Source of the DNA: Planctomycetota bacterium
GTDB taxonomy: Bacteria; Planctomycetota; UBA8108; UBA1146
Length of the DNA stretch: 64,000 bases
Reading direction: 5' to 3'
Assembly (NCBI GenBank): GCA_036338595.1
Contig: JAYZBV010000073.1
Span: 1-64,000, forward strand
Part shown: one piece after another, positions 30,706 to 41,115 of the stretch
Numbering within the stretch: position 1 is the stretch's first letter
Layout of the letters: each line of letters opens with the position of its first letter
Position numbers and translations under genes: made by a program
The notes under the pieces: model-generated
What the model was told of the DNA's origin: nothing
The model's input: the letters and a program-made list of their open reading frames with translations, nothing else
Databases searched by the model: none

Positions 30706-31553
30706 ACGAATTCGAGGCGATCTGGACCGCCGTCGAGGCGATCGGACCCCTGCGCGTCATCTTCGAGGTGACCGTCATCTACCTTCTGATCTACGGCTTC
30801 ATCATCTTCTGCGAGGGCACCCGGGGTGCGGGTGTGCTGAAGGGTCTGGTATTGACGGTGATCATCACCGTCGCGGCGACAAGGCTGGGCGTTGAAGTCC
30901 TCGATCTGGAACGGATTGGCTTCCTGCTGTCGGTCGTGACTCCTGTGGCATTCTTCGCCATCATAGTGATCCTTCAGCCTGAATTGCGGCGGGGACTGGT
31001 CAGGCTGAGCCAGGCGCCCATCTTCGGAGAACTTATCAGGGATGAGCAGGAACTCGTGGTGGTCGTGGTTCGAGCCTGCGTTTCACTGTCAAAAACGAGG
31101 GTGGGGGCGCTCTTTGCCATCGAGAGGGATCAGTCCCTCAATCCATGGGTCGACCGCGGTACAATTCTTGATGCGGAAGTCTCGTCCGAGATCCTCACGA
31201 CGATCTTTTATCCTGGTACTTCACTTCACGACGGTGCGGTCGTGATCCAGAAGGGCAGGATCGCTGCGGCTGGTTGTCTCCTCCCTCTTTCGGAAAATGA
31301 GCAACTGGGATCCTGGGCGGGCACTCGTCACAGGGCTGCCGTGGGGCTCACCGAGGAATCCGATGCGGTGACGGTTGTGGTCAGTGAGGAAACCGGTTTG
31401 ATTTCGCTGTGTGTACGCGGAGAGGTGTTCAGGGATCTGGATAGAGAAGAACTCGCACACAAGTTACGTAGTTACTACACAAAAACAGATGAAGCCGCCC
31501 AGCAGCAGAAGCCTGACGAAGAAAAGCCGAGCAGCGATGGGGAGGCAGCATGA
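30702..31553 (+). CDS. cdaA: Membrane diadenylate cyclase CdaA/DacA
   Basis: Three TMs, QPELRR, and the catalytic HDGA and GTRHRAA motifs. Confidence 0.95.
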   Translation: MNEFEAIWTAVEAIGPLRVIFEVTVIYLLIYGFIIFCEGTRGAGVLKGLVLTVIITVAATRLGVEVLDLERIGFLLSVVTPVAFFAIIVILQPELRRGLVRLSQAPIFGELIRDEQELVVVVVRACVSLSKTRVGALFAIERDQSLNPWVDRGTILDAEVSSEILTTIFYPGTSLHDGAVVIQKGRIAAAGCLLPLSENEQLGSWAGTRHRAAVGLTEESDAVTVVVSEETGLISLCVRGEVFRDLDREELAHKLRSYYTKTDEAAQQQKPDEEKPSSDGEAA

Positions 31554-32614
31554 AGGCCTCATGGAGGGTCCGGGTCATCGAGATCCTGATCGGGAACACC
31601 CGCAACAAGTTGACCAGCCTTGTTCTGGCAGTGGTCGTGTGGGCGTTTGCCTTCGGAAACACTGGGCACGAGGAGATCTTTGATGCGACCCTGCTCGTCG
31701 AGGCGGCTGCAGAGACTCATGTCGTGGTCTCACAGGATATCCCACAGTCGGGAGTGGGCAGTAAGATCGGGAAAAAATTCGAGGGGGATTGCAAGGTAAC
31801 CCTGACCGGCACTCGAGCTGTTCTGACCCGGTTTCTCGAATCAAATCCAGAGCCCAAAGGGGAGCTGAAGGTCGAAAGATCTGGACGCTTTGATCTGAGG
31901 GAGGATGGGATCTTTACTCTCCCGGCGGGGTTGTCGGTCCAGTCCGTCGAGCCCTCAGTGCTTCAAATTGTCGTGGAGCAGGTGGTGAGAGCGGAGAGAG
32001 ATGTACGTGCGTCGGTCAGCGGAACTCCGGGCCCGGGGTTCGTGAGTTTTCCGGGGGGGATCAAGGCGGATCCTGCAACGGTGACGATCGAAGGCCCAGA
32101 ATCGTTGCTAGGTGACGATACCGTGGGCGTCTTGACCGAGGCGATCGATATCGAAGGAATGGCCACCTCTCAGCGGGAGTTGACAGTCCCACTGGTGATC
32201 ACAGGGGATGATACGGGGCTGGTTACCATTGCCCCTGGTTTCCCAGAGGAAGCAGTGGTTCGGATCGAACTTCAGCAGAATCTGATGCAGGTGCAAGCTG
32301 AAGTGTCCGTCCGCTACATAGTGGACGAGGATGTCGATCTGGATATCCGAGGCGATCGCAGCATCAAGGTCAACGTCTCGGGTGTCGAAGAAGCGGTGAA
32401 GGAGTGGCAGAAAAGTGTCGAGCAGGGCAACTTCTATCTGCTCGTGAAGGTGTCCGATACCGGTGGCGAGAGCCGGAATGTCTCTGAAGAGGATGTTCGC
32501 TGGATCGACGGGAGCCTCCCAGCAGGAATCTCGAGAGATCAGGTGAAACTGGAACGGATCATTCTCTACAGCGCAAAACCTCATGATGCGCCGGGAGAGG
32601 ATCAACAGAAGTGA
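31550..32614 (+). CDS. cdaR: CdaR/YbbR-like protein
   Basis: KLTSLVLAVVVW TM; YbbR-like GTPGPGF..PATVTIEGPES..TEAIDI; located between cdaA and glmM. Confidence 0.75.
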   Translation: MKASWRVRVIEILIGNTRNKLTSLVLAVVVWAFAFGNTGHEEIFDATLLVEAAAETHVVVSQDIPQSGVGSKIGKKFEGDCKVTLTGTRAVLTRFLESNPEPKGELKVERSGRFDLREDGIFTLPAGLSVQSVEPSVLQIVVEQVVRAERDVRASVSGTPGPGFVSFPGGIKADPATVTIEGPESLLGDDTVGVLTEAIDIEGMATSQRELTVPLVITGDDTGLVTIAPGFPEEAVVRIELQQNLMQVQAEVSVRYIVDEDVDLDIRGDRSIKVNVSGVEEAVKEWQKSVEQGNFYLLVKVSDTGGESRNVSEEDVRWIDGSLPAGISRDQVKLERIILYSAKPHDAPGEDQQK

Positions 32615-33963
32615 TCTTTGGAACCGACGGAGTACGGGACATCCCGGGTACGGGGCTGTTGACCCCCGATTCCATCGATCGAATCGGGCAAGCGGTCGTC
32701 GCTCATCTCGCTCGCGAAGGTGCACCTGGTGGAAGTGTTCTGGTTGCCAGAGATACGAGAGTTACCGGTGGCGAGATCGAGAGCCTGCTGGCAGGAGCCC
32801 TCAGACGCTGTGGATGTACGACGATCCATGCGGGAGTGCTGCCCACGCCTGCGGTCTCATTGCTGTTGATGGATGGGGTGGCAGATCTGGGACTCGTGAT
32901 CTCAGCATCTCATAACCCACCCGAATTTAACGGTATCAAGATCCTTGATTCCTCGGGGGCGAAACTGGCGGAGGATCAGGAACAATCCATCTCGGAAAAT
33001 TACGATCACCTCGAAGGGCAGCCCGAATCCGAGCAGCAGATGGAGGTGGTCGAGGACCTGGGCGTTCAATATCTCGACAGGCTGCTCTCATCCTTTCCGA
33101 AGGGCCCCTTCCTCGCTGGCCTGAAGGTGGTGCTCGATTGCGCACGTGGTGCTGCTTGCCACTGGGGCCCTGAAGCATTTCGTCGCGCAGGTGCAGATGT
33201 GACCGTGGTTCACGGCGAGCCTGACGGCGCGAGGATCAATGTGGGGTGCGGGTCGCTGCATCCAGAGTTTCTGGGCGACGAGGTCAAACGAACCAACTCG
33301 GTGCTCGGAATCGCATTCGATGGAGATGCCGATCGCGCTCTCTTCTCGGATGAAACGGGTCAATATGTGGACGGGGATGATGTGATCGTCATCTGGGCAC
33401 GATCTCTCCTGGAACAAGGTCTGCTGGACCCATCACTGGTAGCGTTGACCGTCATGTCAAACGTTGGTGTCGAGGATTGCTTGAGAAGGCACGGGATCGA
33501 GGTGGTGCGTACGGGGGTAGGAGATCGAGCCGTTGCCGATGCACTCAGGGAGTCCGGTGGCGCTCTGGGTGGCGAACCATCCGGGCACATCATCCATCAT
33601 AGTGAGGCGGCTACCGGAGATGGAATCAGGACAGGGTTGGCCATCGCTCGCTGTATCGTCGAATCAGGACAGCCCCTTTCTCGACTGTGTGATGGGATCA
33701 CGCGTTTCCCCCAGGAACAGAAAACGCTTCGAATCCAGGCTCGCCCACCATTCGATGATTTGCAGCACCTGTCCGAAGTGATGACGGCAGCCACAACTGC
33801 GCTCGGAAGTAGCGGCAGGATTCTGGTCAGATACTCCGGTACGGAACCGCTGCTGCGGATCCTCGTCGAGGCGAAGAAGGAACTGGATGCGAAGTGCTGG
33901 ATCGATCGAATCGAGCAGGCAGCGATGCGAGAGGGTTCACTCGGCATCACTGCCAGTGCCTGA
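32611..33963 (+). CDS. glmM: Phosphoglucosamine mutase
   Basis: FGTDGVR, VISASHNP, FDGDADR, GGEPSGH and RYSGTEP motifs. Confidence 0.93.
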   Translation: MIFGTDGVRDIPGTGLLTPDSIDRIGQAVVAHLAREGAPGGSVLVARDTRVTGGEIESLLAGALRRCGCTTIHAGVLPTPAVSLLLMDGVADLGLVISASHNPPEFNGIKILDSSGAKLAEDQEQSISENYDHLEGQPESEQQMEVVEDLGVQYLDRLLSSFPKGPFLAGLKVVLDCARGAACHWGPEAFRRAGADVTVVHGEPDGARINVGCGSLHPEFLGDEVKRTNSVLGIAFDGDADRALFSDETGQYVDGDDVIVIWARSLLEQGLLDPSLVALTVMSNVGVEDCLRRHGIEVVRTGVGDRAVADALRESGGALGGEPSGHIIHHSEAATGDGIRTGLAIARCIVESGQPLSRLCDGITRFPQEQKTLRIQARPPFDDLQHLSEVMTAATTALGSSGRILVRYSGTEPLLRILVEAKKELDAKCWIDRIEQAAMREGSLGITASA

Positions 33964-33985
33964 GGATCGCATCGGGACCTGCTCG

Positions 33986-35068
33986 TCAGAAGGGCAGATC
34001 CCCTTCTCCGGATGCCGCATCCGCTGGACCAGCTGCGTCCCTACCTCCAGATGGTCTCGAAGGCGTACTCGGTGGTGTCGTGAATCCTGCAGTGCCCTGA
34101 TAATCGAGATTGCGAGGAAAGTAGGGCCGAACATCGAGCATGTAGGCGTGAGATCCGAACCTTGAATCTTCAGGACCTGGCTTTGCGTTCCTGAATAGTT
34201 CCATGTAGCCCATCAATTTTGCATCGAGGTTGTCGATGTAGTGCATTGCCAACGCCTCAGCGGTCATCGGCTTCTTGGGTGATCCGAACTCCAATTGCCC
34301 GTGGTGACTGGCGACCACATGCTGGATCTGGAGCAGCAATTCTCTGTCGATATCGCCCACTTCCCGTGAAGCTTCGTCAATCCAGTTGCAGCACAGCACG
34401 ATGTGGCCAAGTAGCTGGCCTTCATCGGTGTAACTGAAACCGTTTTCAATGCCGAGTTCTGTTGTTTTTGCGATGTCGTGAAGGATGACTCCACTGATGA
34501 GGATGTCCCGGTCGAGCCATGGGTAGTGATCACAGACATAATCTGCAAGTTTCAGCAACGAGACGATGTGCTCGAGCAGTCCGCCAATATATGCGTGGTG
34601 CATCGACTTTCCTGCAGGTGAGACTCTCAGCTGATCTCGAAGACCCGGTCGCTCAAGGATGGTCACGACCAGATTGCGAAGACTCTCGTTCTGGATGCTC
34701 ACTATTCGTTGTTCCAGCTCTCTCTCCAGTGTTTCGATGTCACACGGAGTACGAGGCAGAAATTCAGCTGCCTGAAGGCCAGCTTCACTGGCAGAGACTG
34801 GCTCAAGGGTATCGATGATGATCTGCAGGTTTCCCTGGTACTCTTCGACTCGACCATTGATACGCAGAAACGGGTTCCGGTCGATTTCCTTGAACTCTTC
34901 CTGGCTGCTCTCCCAGCGCACTGCCTTCACTCCCGCAGTGTGATCCCTGAGAGTCATCGGGATGAAGAACTTGCCGTTGCGAGCGGTCTTCAGATTGGCT
35001 CCCTCGACGAGAAAGATCCCCTCGAGGCGGTCTCCACTGGTGATCGAGTCGAGGCTGCGCTGGTCCAA
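33986..35068 (-). CDS. yhaM: YhaM/Cbf1-family 3'-5' exoribonuclease (OB + HD domains)
   Basis: N-terminal OB-fold; HHAYIGGLLEH, LHDIAK, SHHGQLEFGSP and DNLDAK. Confidence 0.9.
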   Translation of the reverse strand: MDQRSLDSITSGDRLEGIFLVEGANLKTARNGKFFIPMTLRDHTAGVKAVRWESSQEEFKEIDRNPFLRINGRVEEYQGNLQIIIDTLEPVSASEAGLQAAEFLPRTPCDIETLERELEQRIVSIQNESLRNLVVTILERPGLRDQLRVSPAGKSMHHAYIGGLLEHIVSLLKLADYVCDHYPWLDRDILISGVILHDIAKTTELGIENGFSYTDEGQLLGHIVLCCNWIDEASREVGDIDRELLLQIQHVVASHHGQLEFGSPKKPMTAEALAMHYIDNLDAKLMGYMELFRNAKPGPEDSRFGSHAYMLDVRPYFPRNLDYQGTAGFTTPPSTPSRPSGGRDAAGPADAASGEGDLPF

Positions 35069-35189
35069 AGGGACCCCCCATCGGTTTTCTGGAGCGATTT
35101 TTCAGGTCGAGGATCTGCTTCCCCGGTCGATTCCTGACATTCTGGTGAGTCTCCACGCTTCCAGGTCGCCTCGCAACCCCTGACGGGAC

Positions 35190-37226
35190 TTGCAGCAACT
35201 TGTGGATACGGCAAGATCGAGACTCTGGACTCGATACCGATCACCTCGATGGGAGGCTCCTTTGGCCCTCAGTGGCAACTTCTTGGCGCGACTTCGCCTC
35301 GTCCTGGCTGGCCTGGCCATCTTGATCATGCTCCCCGGTTCAGCCTCAGCGGCGGATGTGAGGCTTCGCATGGTCGGAGGGGGGAAGCTGGAAGGAAGAG
35401 TGTACGACCTCGGAAGTGAATACCTGGAATTGAGCCGAAGGCTCGGATCCACGATCGTGCTCAAGCGAGACGTTGCCAGCTGGAGTTTGCTGGAAAAGCA
35501 GAAAGCCGAGCCCAAGGGTATCTTGCTCGTTCTCGAAGAAGGTCACGAGGTGGGAGGGAATGTTCGCTTCGACACTGACACACTAGAATGGGTAGTTGAT
35601 CTTGAACTGGGAAGCGCCAGATACCCGGATTCAGATGTCAGTCGCACCATCCAACCGAATGGGGTCTGTAGCGATGATCGCTTCACACTTCGGATCGGGT
35701 TCGAGGATCGGATTCATCTAGCGATCAATGGCGTGATCAATGGCGCCCCTTTCGAAAGGGAAGAGGGTGCCCAGTTCATCCGATCTGCTGGTTTCTTCAG
35801 TGTCAGATATCTGGAGGAAGCGCTCCAAAAGTCCCATCATCCGATCCTTCGTCGACTGCAACTGGAAGAGCAACTTCGTACCGCTCTTCCGGCAGGGATC
35901 ACTGAAACCAGGCCTGGTTTCTTGAAACAGATCACCCAGGGGTCCGCATCGGAACAGGTGGAAGTTCTGAGGGAAGCACTCCAGGAGCATGGATCCGATC
36001 TTTACCCCCTGCTCGGATTGTTGTTGCTCGATGATGCGCAGAGCGCTCGGGTTCGCACATTCTCGGTAGATGTGCTGCAGAGAACACACAGTATCCGTGA
36101 GCTGGTCACTGCCTGGGAACGGTCCGAGGGGCAGGCTCAACTGGTACTGGCCATCGCGCTCGGCGAGAACGGAATCCATCTCGGAATCTCTACCCTGATC
36201 GATGCATTGGCACTGGAAGAGAGTGCTGCACGCGCCATTGCAGCAAAAAAACTACTCGAGTACACCGGCGAACTGTTTGGCTACGAAGCCGATGGAGATC
36301 CAGACGGCCGCGCCGAATCGATCCGACAGTGGCGCGCCTGGTGGAAGCAGAATCGCATGCGCGTCGAGTCGATTGCCATTTCCGTTCTCGATGGAAAAGA
36401 TCTCAGCATGGAACGGCGCAAGGCGTCCGATCTCTGGCGACAGGGGATCGAAGCAGAGGCAGAGAAGAGATATGAGGTGGCGGAGCGAATCTACCGTGAG
36501 GCGATCAAGATCGATCCCACCGCCATGGGGCCCTTTGTCAGCCTGGGGATTCTTCAGTACCAGTATAATGCCGACTACGAAGGGGCTCTCGAATCCTTTC
36601 GCCGTGCCATCGGCCGCGAAGCGGGGCTGGGTGACGGAGCAAACGAAAAGATCTGCTACTTCCACATCGGACGAATCTACCAGTTTGGTCTCGACTTTGA
36701 TCGTGCCCGCGGAGCACTGTTGAAGGCTGTCAGCCTCGATAGAAACTATGCCGCTGCCTGGTACGAGCTAGGAAAAATTCAATACGAAGAAGCACTTCTG
36801 GCTCGTGGTGGAATCGACGAGAGAAGGGAACTTCTGGAAATTGCCCGCGACACCTTCCGCAGCGGAATCGAGGCGCTGGCACGATATCGAGAGGGACTGG
36901 TGGTGGTCGACCGAACCAACCTTCCTTTCGATAGTGCGCTGCCTTTCTCGACCAGGGATCACAATCGAACGCTGCGAGAGTTGAGGGCCAGAATCCTGGA
37001 GGAACTGGGACGCTTTCGAGGTCGCATCTCAGCGATATCGCTGGTTCTGGGAGATCCGCGAAGGGTGATCCAGGAGCACCGGGCCGCTCGTTCAGAGGGC
37101 TCGATGAGCGAGGAACTGGAGAAACTGGTCGTCTCTGCACGCAAGATTCTCGAGTCCCAATCTGAACCACCTGTGGAACCCGTCCCCACCGGAGGATCTA
37201 CCGGGGAAGATGATGGCGAACACTGA
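35190..37226 (+). CDS. Exported HEAT/TPR-repeat protein
   Basis: Signal-like segment ending ASA-AD; WRAWW HEAT-end motif; several TPRs. Start uncertain. Confidence 0.7.
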   Translation: MQQLVDTARSRLWTRYRSPRWEAPLALSGNFLARLRLVLAGLAILIMLPGSASAADVRLRMVGGGKLEGRVYDLGSEYLELSRRLGSTIVLKRDVASWSLLEKQKAEPKGILLVLEEGHEVGGNVRFDTDTLEWVVDLELGSARYPDSDVSRTIQPNGVCSDDRFTLRIGFEDRIHLAINGVINGAPFEREEGAQFIRSAGFFSVRYLEEALQKSHHPILRRLQLEEQLRTALPAGITETRPGFLKQITQGSASEQVEVLREALQEHGSDLYPLLGLLLLDDAQSARVRTFSVDVLQRTHSIRELVTAWERSEGQAQLVLAIALGENGIHLGISTLIDALALEESAARAIAAKKLLEYTGELFGYEADGDPDGRAESIRQWRAWWKQNRMRVESIAISVLDGKDLSMERRKASDLWRQGIEAEAEKRYEVAERIYREAIKIDPTAMGPFVSLGILQYQYNADYEGALESFRRAIGREAGLGDGANEKICYFHIGRIYQFGLDFDRARGALLKAVSLDRNYAAAWYELGKIQYEEALLARGGIDERRELLEIARDTFRSGIEALARYREGLVVVDRTNLPFDSALPFSTRDHNRTLRELRARILEELGRFRGRISAISLVLGDPRRVIQEHRAARSEGSMSEELEKLVVSARKILESQSEPPVEPVPTGGSTGEDDGEH

Positions 37227-37392
37227 ACCCAGTTCCACCCCGGGTCTCGTTGCACCGCATCCCCTGGCACGATAATCTGTCCCGTCGACTCCCGGTTCTA
37301 CGGAGCCAGAATCGGGTGATGTCTCCTGATTTCTCTCGCGCGTCCCGGTTTGTTCCGGAGATCAGGTCACTCAACAGGGAAAGGAATCCGGT

Positions 37393-38565
37393 GTGAAGAT
37401 CCATGAGTACCAGGCAAAGCAACTGCTGAAGCAGCATCAGATTCCAGTGCCTCGTGGCGTGATGGCCGTGAATGTCGAGCAAGCGCTCGCTGCTGCTCAG
37501 GAACTGGGGGATGGGCCCTGGGTAGTCAAGGCGCAGATCCATGCTGGCGGTCGCGGTAAGGGTGGTGGGGTCCGCGTCACGCAGACGATGGAGGAGTGCA
37601 GGGAGGCGATCGAAGCGATCCTGGGAATGCAACTGGTGACCCATCAAACCGGAGCAGCAGGACAGCAGGTGAATACCATCCTCATCGAAGAAGGGTGTGA
37701 TATCGCACGAGAGATTTACTGCGGAATGGTGATCGACCGGGCCAGGGAAAAGCCAGTGTTGATGGCCAGCGCCGAGGGTGGCATGGATATCGAGGAGGTC
37801 GCGGCGACGCGTCCAGATGCCATCTTCTTCGAAGAAATCGACCTCGACAACGGTCTCTCCGAGGAGGCTGCTCGTTCGGTGGCTGAAAGGCTAGACCTCG
37901 AGGGAAAGACGATGGATCAGTTTGTCGATGTGGTATGCAAACTGGCCAGAGTATTTGTCGAGCAGGATTGCTCTCTTGCAGAAATTAACCCGATGGTTGT
38001 CACAACTGACGGAGATGTGGTCGCACTCGACGCCAAGATCAATTTCGATGACAACGCCGAGTTCCGTCATCCAGAGCATGCAGAGCTCAGGGACCTGGCA
38101 GAGGAAGATCCGAGGGAAACTCGCGCTTCGGAGTGGGATCTTTCCTATGTGGGGATGGATGGAACCATCGGATGCATGGTCAATGGGGCCGGGCTAGCCA
38201 TGGCAACGATGGACATCATCAAGTTGCACGGCGGAGAGCCCGCAAACTTTCTTGATGTGGGTGGGACAGCGACTGCAGACAGGGTCACTGAGGCATTCAA
38301 GATCATCCTCGAGGATCCCGATGTGGCAGCGATTCTCGTCAACATCTTCGGGGGGATCATCCGGTGCGATCTGATTGCCGAGGGAATCGTTCAGGCTGCA
38401 ACGCAGATCCAGCTTCAGGTTCCTCTGGTGGTTCGGCTTGAGGGAAATTCAGTCGCAGAGGGGCACGCCCTCCTGGAGAGTTCCGGAATAAATGTCATCT
38501 CAGCAGATGACCTGGAAGATGCAGCCCGCAAGGCCGTGGCCGCTGCGGACGGAGGAAGAGGATGA
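37393..38565 (+). CDS. sucC: Succinyl-CoA synthetase beta subunit
   Basis: [33 protein letters not shown] and NIFGGI motifs. Confidence 0.98.
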   Translation: MKIHEYQAKQLLKQHQIPVPRGVMAVNVEQALAAAQELGDGPWVVKAQIHAGGRGKGGGVRVTQTMEECREAIEAILGMQLVTHQTGAAGQQVNTILIEEGCDIAREIYCGMVIDRAREKPVLMASAEGGMDIEEVAATRPDAIFFEEIDLDNGLSEEAARSVAERLDLEGKTMDQFVDVVCKLARVFVEQDCSLAEINPMVVTTDGDVVALDAKINFDDNAEFRHPEHAELRDLAEEDPRETRASEWDLSYVGMDGTIGCMVNGAGLAMATMDIIKLHGGEPANFLDVGGTATADRVTEAFKIILEDPDVAAILVNIFGGIIRCDLIAEGIVQAATQIQLQVPLVVRLEGNSVAEGHALLESSGINVISADDLEDAARKAVAAADGGRG

Positions 38566-39440
38566 GCATTCTCGTCAACTCCGATACGCGCATGATCGTA
38601 CAGGGTATCACCGGACGTAACGGAACCCTACACAGCGAGCAGATGATCGAATATGGCACCAATGTCGTGGGGGGAGTGACTCCCGGGAAGGGAGGGTCTC
38701 GCCACCTCGATCTCCCCGTCTTCGATGATGTGGTCACTGCCAGGAGTGAGACCGATGCCAATGCCAGCATCATCTATGTGCCGGCACGCTTCGCAGCCGC
38801 GGCAGTGATCGAGGCAGCGGAGGCAGGAATCGCCTTCATCGTCTGTATCACTGAAGGTACTCCGACCCTCGACATGATTCGAGCCAAGGATGCGGTGAGC
38901 GCCAACGGAGCCAGACTGCTCGGTGCGAATTGTCCAGGTATCATCACCCCCGGTGAGTGCAAGGCGGGGATCATGCCTGGGTTCATTCATCGGCCAGGAA
39001 CCGTGGGAGTTGTCAGTCGCAGTGGAACCCTCACATACGAAGCAGTTCACCAGGTCACGCAGATGGGCCTGGGTCAGAGTACCTGCGTGGGAATTGGTGG
39101 AGATCCCATCATCGGGACCACATTCCTGGATGTACTGAAACTCTTCAACGATGACCCGGCAACGGAGTCCATCGTGATGGTCGGGGAAATTGGCGGCACT
39201 GCGGAAGAAGAGGCGGCGGATTTCATCGCTTCGGAGGTCAATAAACCGGTGGTCGGGTTCATCGCTGGCAGAACAGCACCTCCTGGCCGCCGAATGGGTC
39301 ACGCAGGTGCCATCGTCAGTGGAGGCAAAGGGACTGCGGAAGACAAGATCAAGGCACTGGAACGAGCAGGAGCGATGGTCGCTGATTCCCCGGCGGGAAT
39401 TGGTACCACGCTTTCGGAATTACTGGCAGCACAGAACTAG
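38562..39440 (+). CDS. sucD: Succinyl-CoA synthetase alpha subunit
   Basis: [21 protein letters not shown] and RMGHAGA (phospho-His). Confidence 0.98.
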   Translation: MSILVNSDTRMIVQGITGRNGTLHSEQMIEYGTNVVGGVTPGKGGSRHLDLPVFDDVVTARSETDANASIIYVPARFAAAAVIEAAEAGIAFIVCITEGTPTLDMIRAKDAVSANGARLLGANCPGIITPGECKAGIMPGFIHRPGTVGVVSRSGTLTYEAVHQVTQMGLGQSTCVGIGGDPIIGTTFLDVLKLFNDDPATESIVMVGEIGGTAEEEAADFIASEVNKPVVGFIAGRTAPPGRRMGHAGAIVSGGKGTAEDKIKALERAGAMVADSPAGIGTTLSELLAAQN

Positions 39441-39496
39441 GCCCCTGAGGTCGTAAAGTACCAGTGGCTCCCCTGGGGTCACGAGAGGATGCAATC

Positions 39497-40441
39497 ATGG
39501 CGCGACGAAAGATCGGAGTGATCGGCGGGGGATTCGTCGGTTCAACCACAGCTCAACGGTTGGCAGAGAAGGAACTCGGGGATGTGGTTCTGGTCGATAT
39601 CCTGGAGGGAATGCCGCAGGGCAAGGCTCTCGATCTGGCCCAGGCAGCTCCTGTCTGCGGATACGACTCCTGCGTCACCGGGGCGAATGATTACGCAAGC
39701 CTGGATGGTGCGGAACTGGTGATCATCACCGCTGGAATGCCACGTAAGCCAGGCATGGATCGTTCCGACCTGCTTCGGGTCAACGGTGAGATCCAGCAAA
39801 AGGTGGTCACTGGAATCATGGAGGTCGCTCCCGAAGCGACTCTTGTCATCGTCTCCAATCCACTCGATGTGATGTGCTTCGTTGCTCATCAGGTTTCGGG
39901 ACTGCCCAGAAGCAAGGTCGTGGGGATGGCGGGAGTGCTCGATACCGCTCGCTACCGCACCTTCATTGCGATGGAACTCGGTTGTTCCCACAAGGATATT
40001 CAGGCGATGGTGTTGGGGGGGCACGGTGACAGCATGGTACCGCTTACATCCACTGCATCCGTCAGCGGGATTCCCGTCTCGCAATTGATCTCCCAGGAGC
40101 GGCTGGAAGAGTTGGTGAACCGGACGCGTCACGGAGGAGCAGAGATCGTCAATCTGTTGAAGACGGGAAGTGCCTACTACGCACCCAGTGCCGCAGCAGT
40201 GGCGATGGCAGAGTCGATCCTGCTCGACCAGAAACGGGTTCTACCCTGCTGCACACTCCTCGACGGCCAGTATGGAATAGACGACACGTGGGTAGGAGTT
40301 CCCGCAGTACTCGGTGCTGCCGGAGTCGAGAAGGTACTCGAAGTAGATCTGAACGAAACTGAACTGGATGCACTCAGGTCATCGGCGTCCAGTGTGCATG
40401 AGGGACAGGGTGAGGTCGCTCAGATGTTGAGTCTGGCCTGA
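39497..40441 (+). CDS. mdh: Malate dehydrogenase (LDH-like)
   Basis: GGGFVG, TAGMPRKPGMDRSDL, GGHGD and GSAYYAP. ATG 39497 behind GAGG. Confidence 0.96.
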   Translation: MARRKIGVIGGGFVGSTTAQRLAEKELGDVVLVDILEGMPQGKALDLAQAAPVCGYDSCVTGANDYASLDGAELVIITAGMPRKPGMDRSDLLRVNGEIQQKVVTGIMEVAPEATLVIVSNPLDVMCFVAHQVSGLPRSKVVGMAGVLDTARYRTFIAMELGCSHKDIQAMVLGGHGDSMVPLTSTASVSGIPVSQLISQERLEELVNRTRHGGAEIVNLLKTGSAYYAPSAAAVAMAESILLDQKRVLPCCTLLDGQYGIDDTWVGVPAVLGAAGVEKVLEVDLNETELDALRSSASSVHEGQGEVAQMLSLA

Positions 40442-40454
40442 GTCCGGATCCGAC

Positions 40455-40934
40455 TCACAGACGACGGCTGAGCATCTGCTGGAAGAGTTTCTTCTCATCG
40501 GCATCGTGCTGATCGAGCAGGTCGGCACGGCCGAGAGCAAAGAGTGCAAGCCTCAGATCCTGTCCGCTGGCGGTCAGCGTGGCTTCGAGCAGTTTTCGTT
40601 CCTCATCACCGAGGCTACGCATCGCTTCGATCATGCGTTTTTCCTTCAGGCTTACCTTGATGGAGCGGCTTCTGGTTTCACGTCTGGAGACCGATTGCAA
40701 ATTTTCGAGCAAAGCGGATCGTGGTGGAGGATATGGCGCCTCTTCATCGAGGATGTAATCCGAAGTGACTCCCAGTTCCCTGGCGATTCTCAGAGCGACG
40801 GGGCCTCGGGGCTGATGAATCCCTGCCTCGATCCGTGACAGCGCACTCGGGGTGACAGAGGTCATTGCGGCGAGAGAACTCTGGGCAACGCCCAGATCCT
40901 TGCGGAGATTCATGATCTTTCGGCCGATCTGCAT
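40455..40934 (-). CDS. XRE-family HTH transcriptional regulator
   Basis: IGRKIMNLRK..QSSLA..SALSRIEAG..P..IARELGVTSDYIL. Confidence 0.85.
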   Translation of the reverse strand: MQIGRKIMNLRKDLGVAQSSLAAMTSVTPSALSRIEAGIHQPRGPVALRIARELGVTSDYILDEEAPYPPPRSALLENLQSVSRRETRSRSIKVSLKEKRMIEAMRSLGDEERKLLEATLTASGQDLRLALFALGRADLLDQHDADEKKLFQQMLSRRL

Positions 40935-41115
40935 AGTAATTCAGCGCCTCTCTGCGATGAGGAGGCAGGAACGATTCACCATTCAGGTGGTTCCCGCTAC
41001 ATCGTCGATGTAAAAACAGAGTCAAGGCTGCGGAAGCGGTCCGGGGATGCGCCGACCGCGACCCGCAGGCGTTCATGGTATTGCGAAAACGCAATTGCCG
41101 CAAGAGAGGCATTTG

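Noticed and set aside
37265..37280. TGGCACG sigma-54-like -24 box upstream of sucC
   Set aside because: No GC at the -12 position (reads TGGCACGATAATCTGT).
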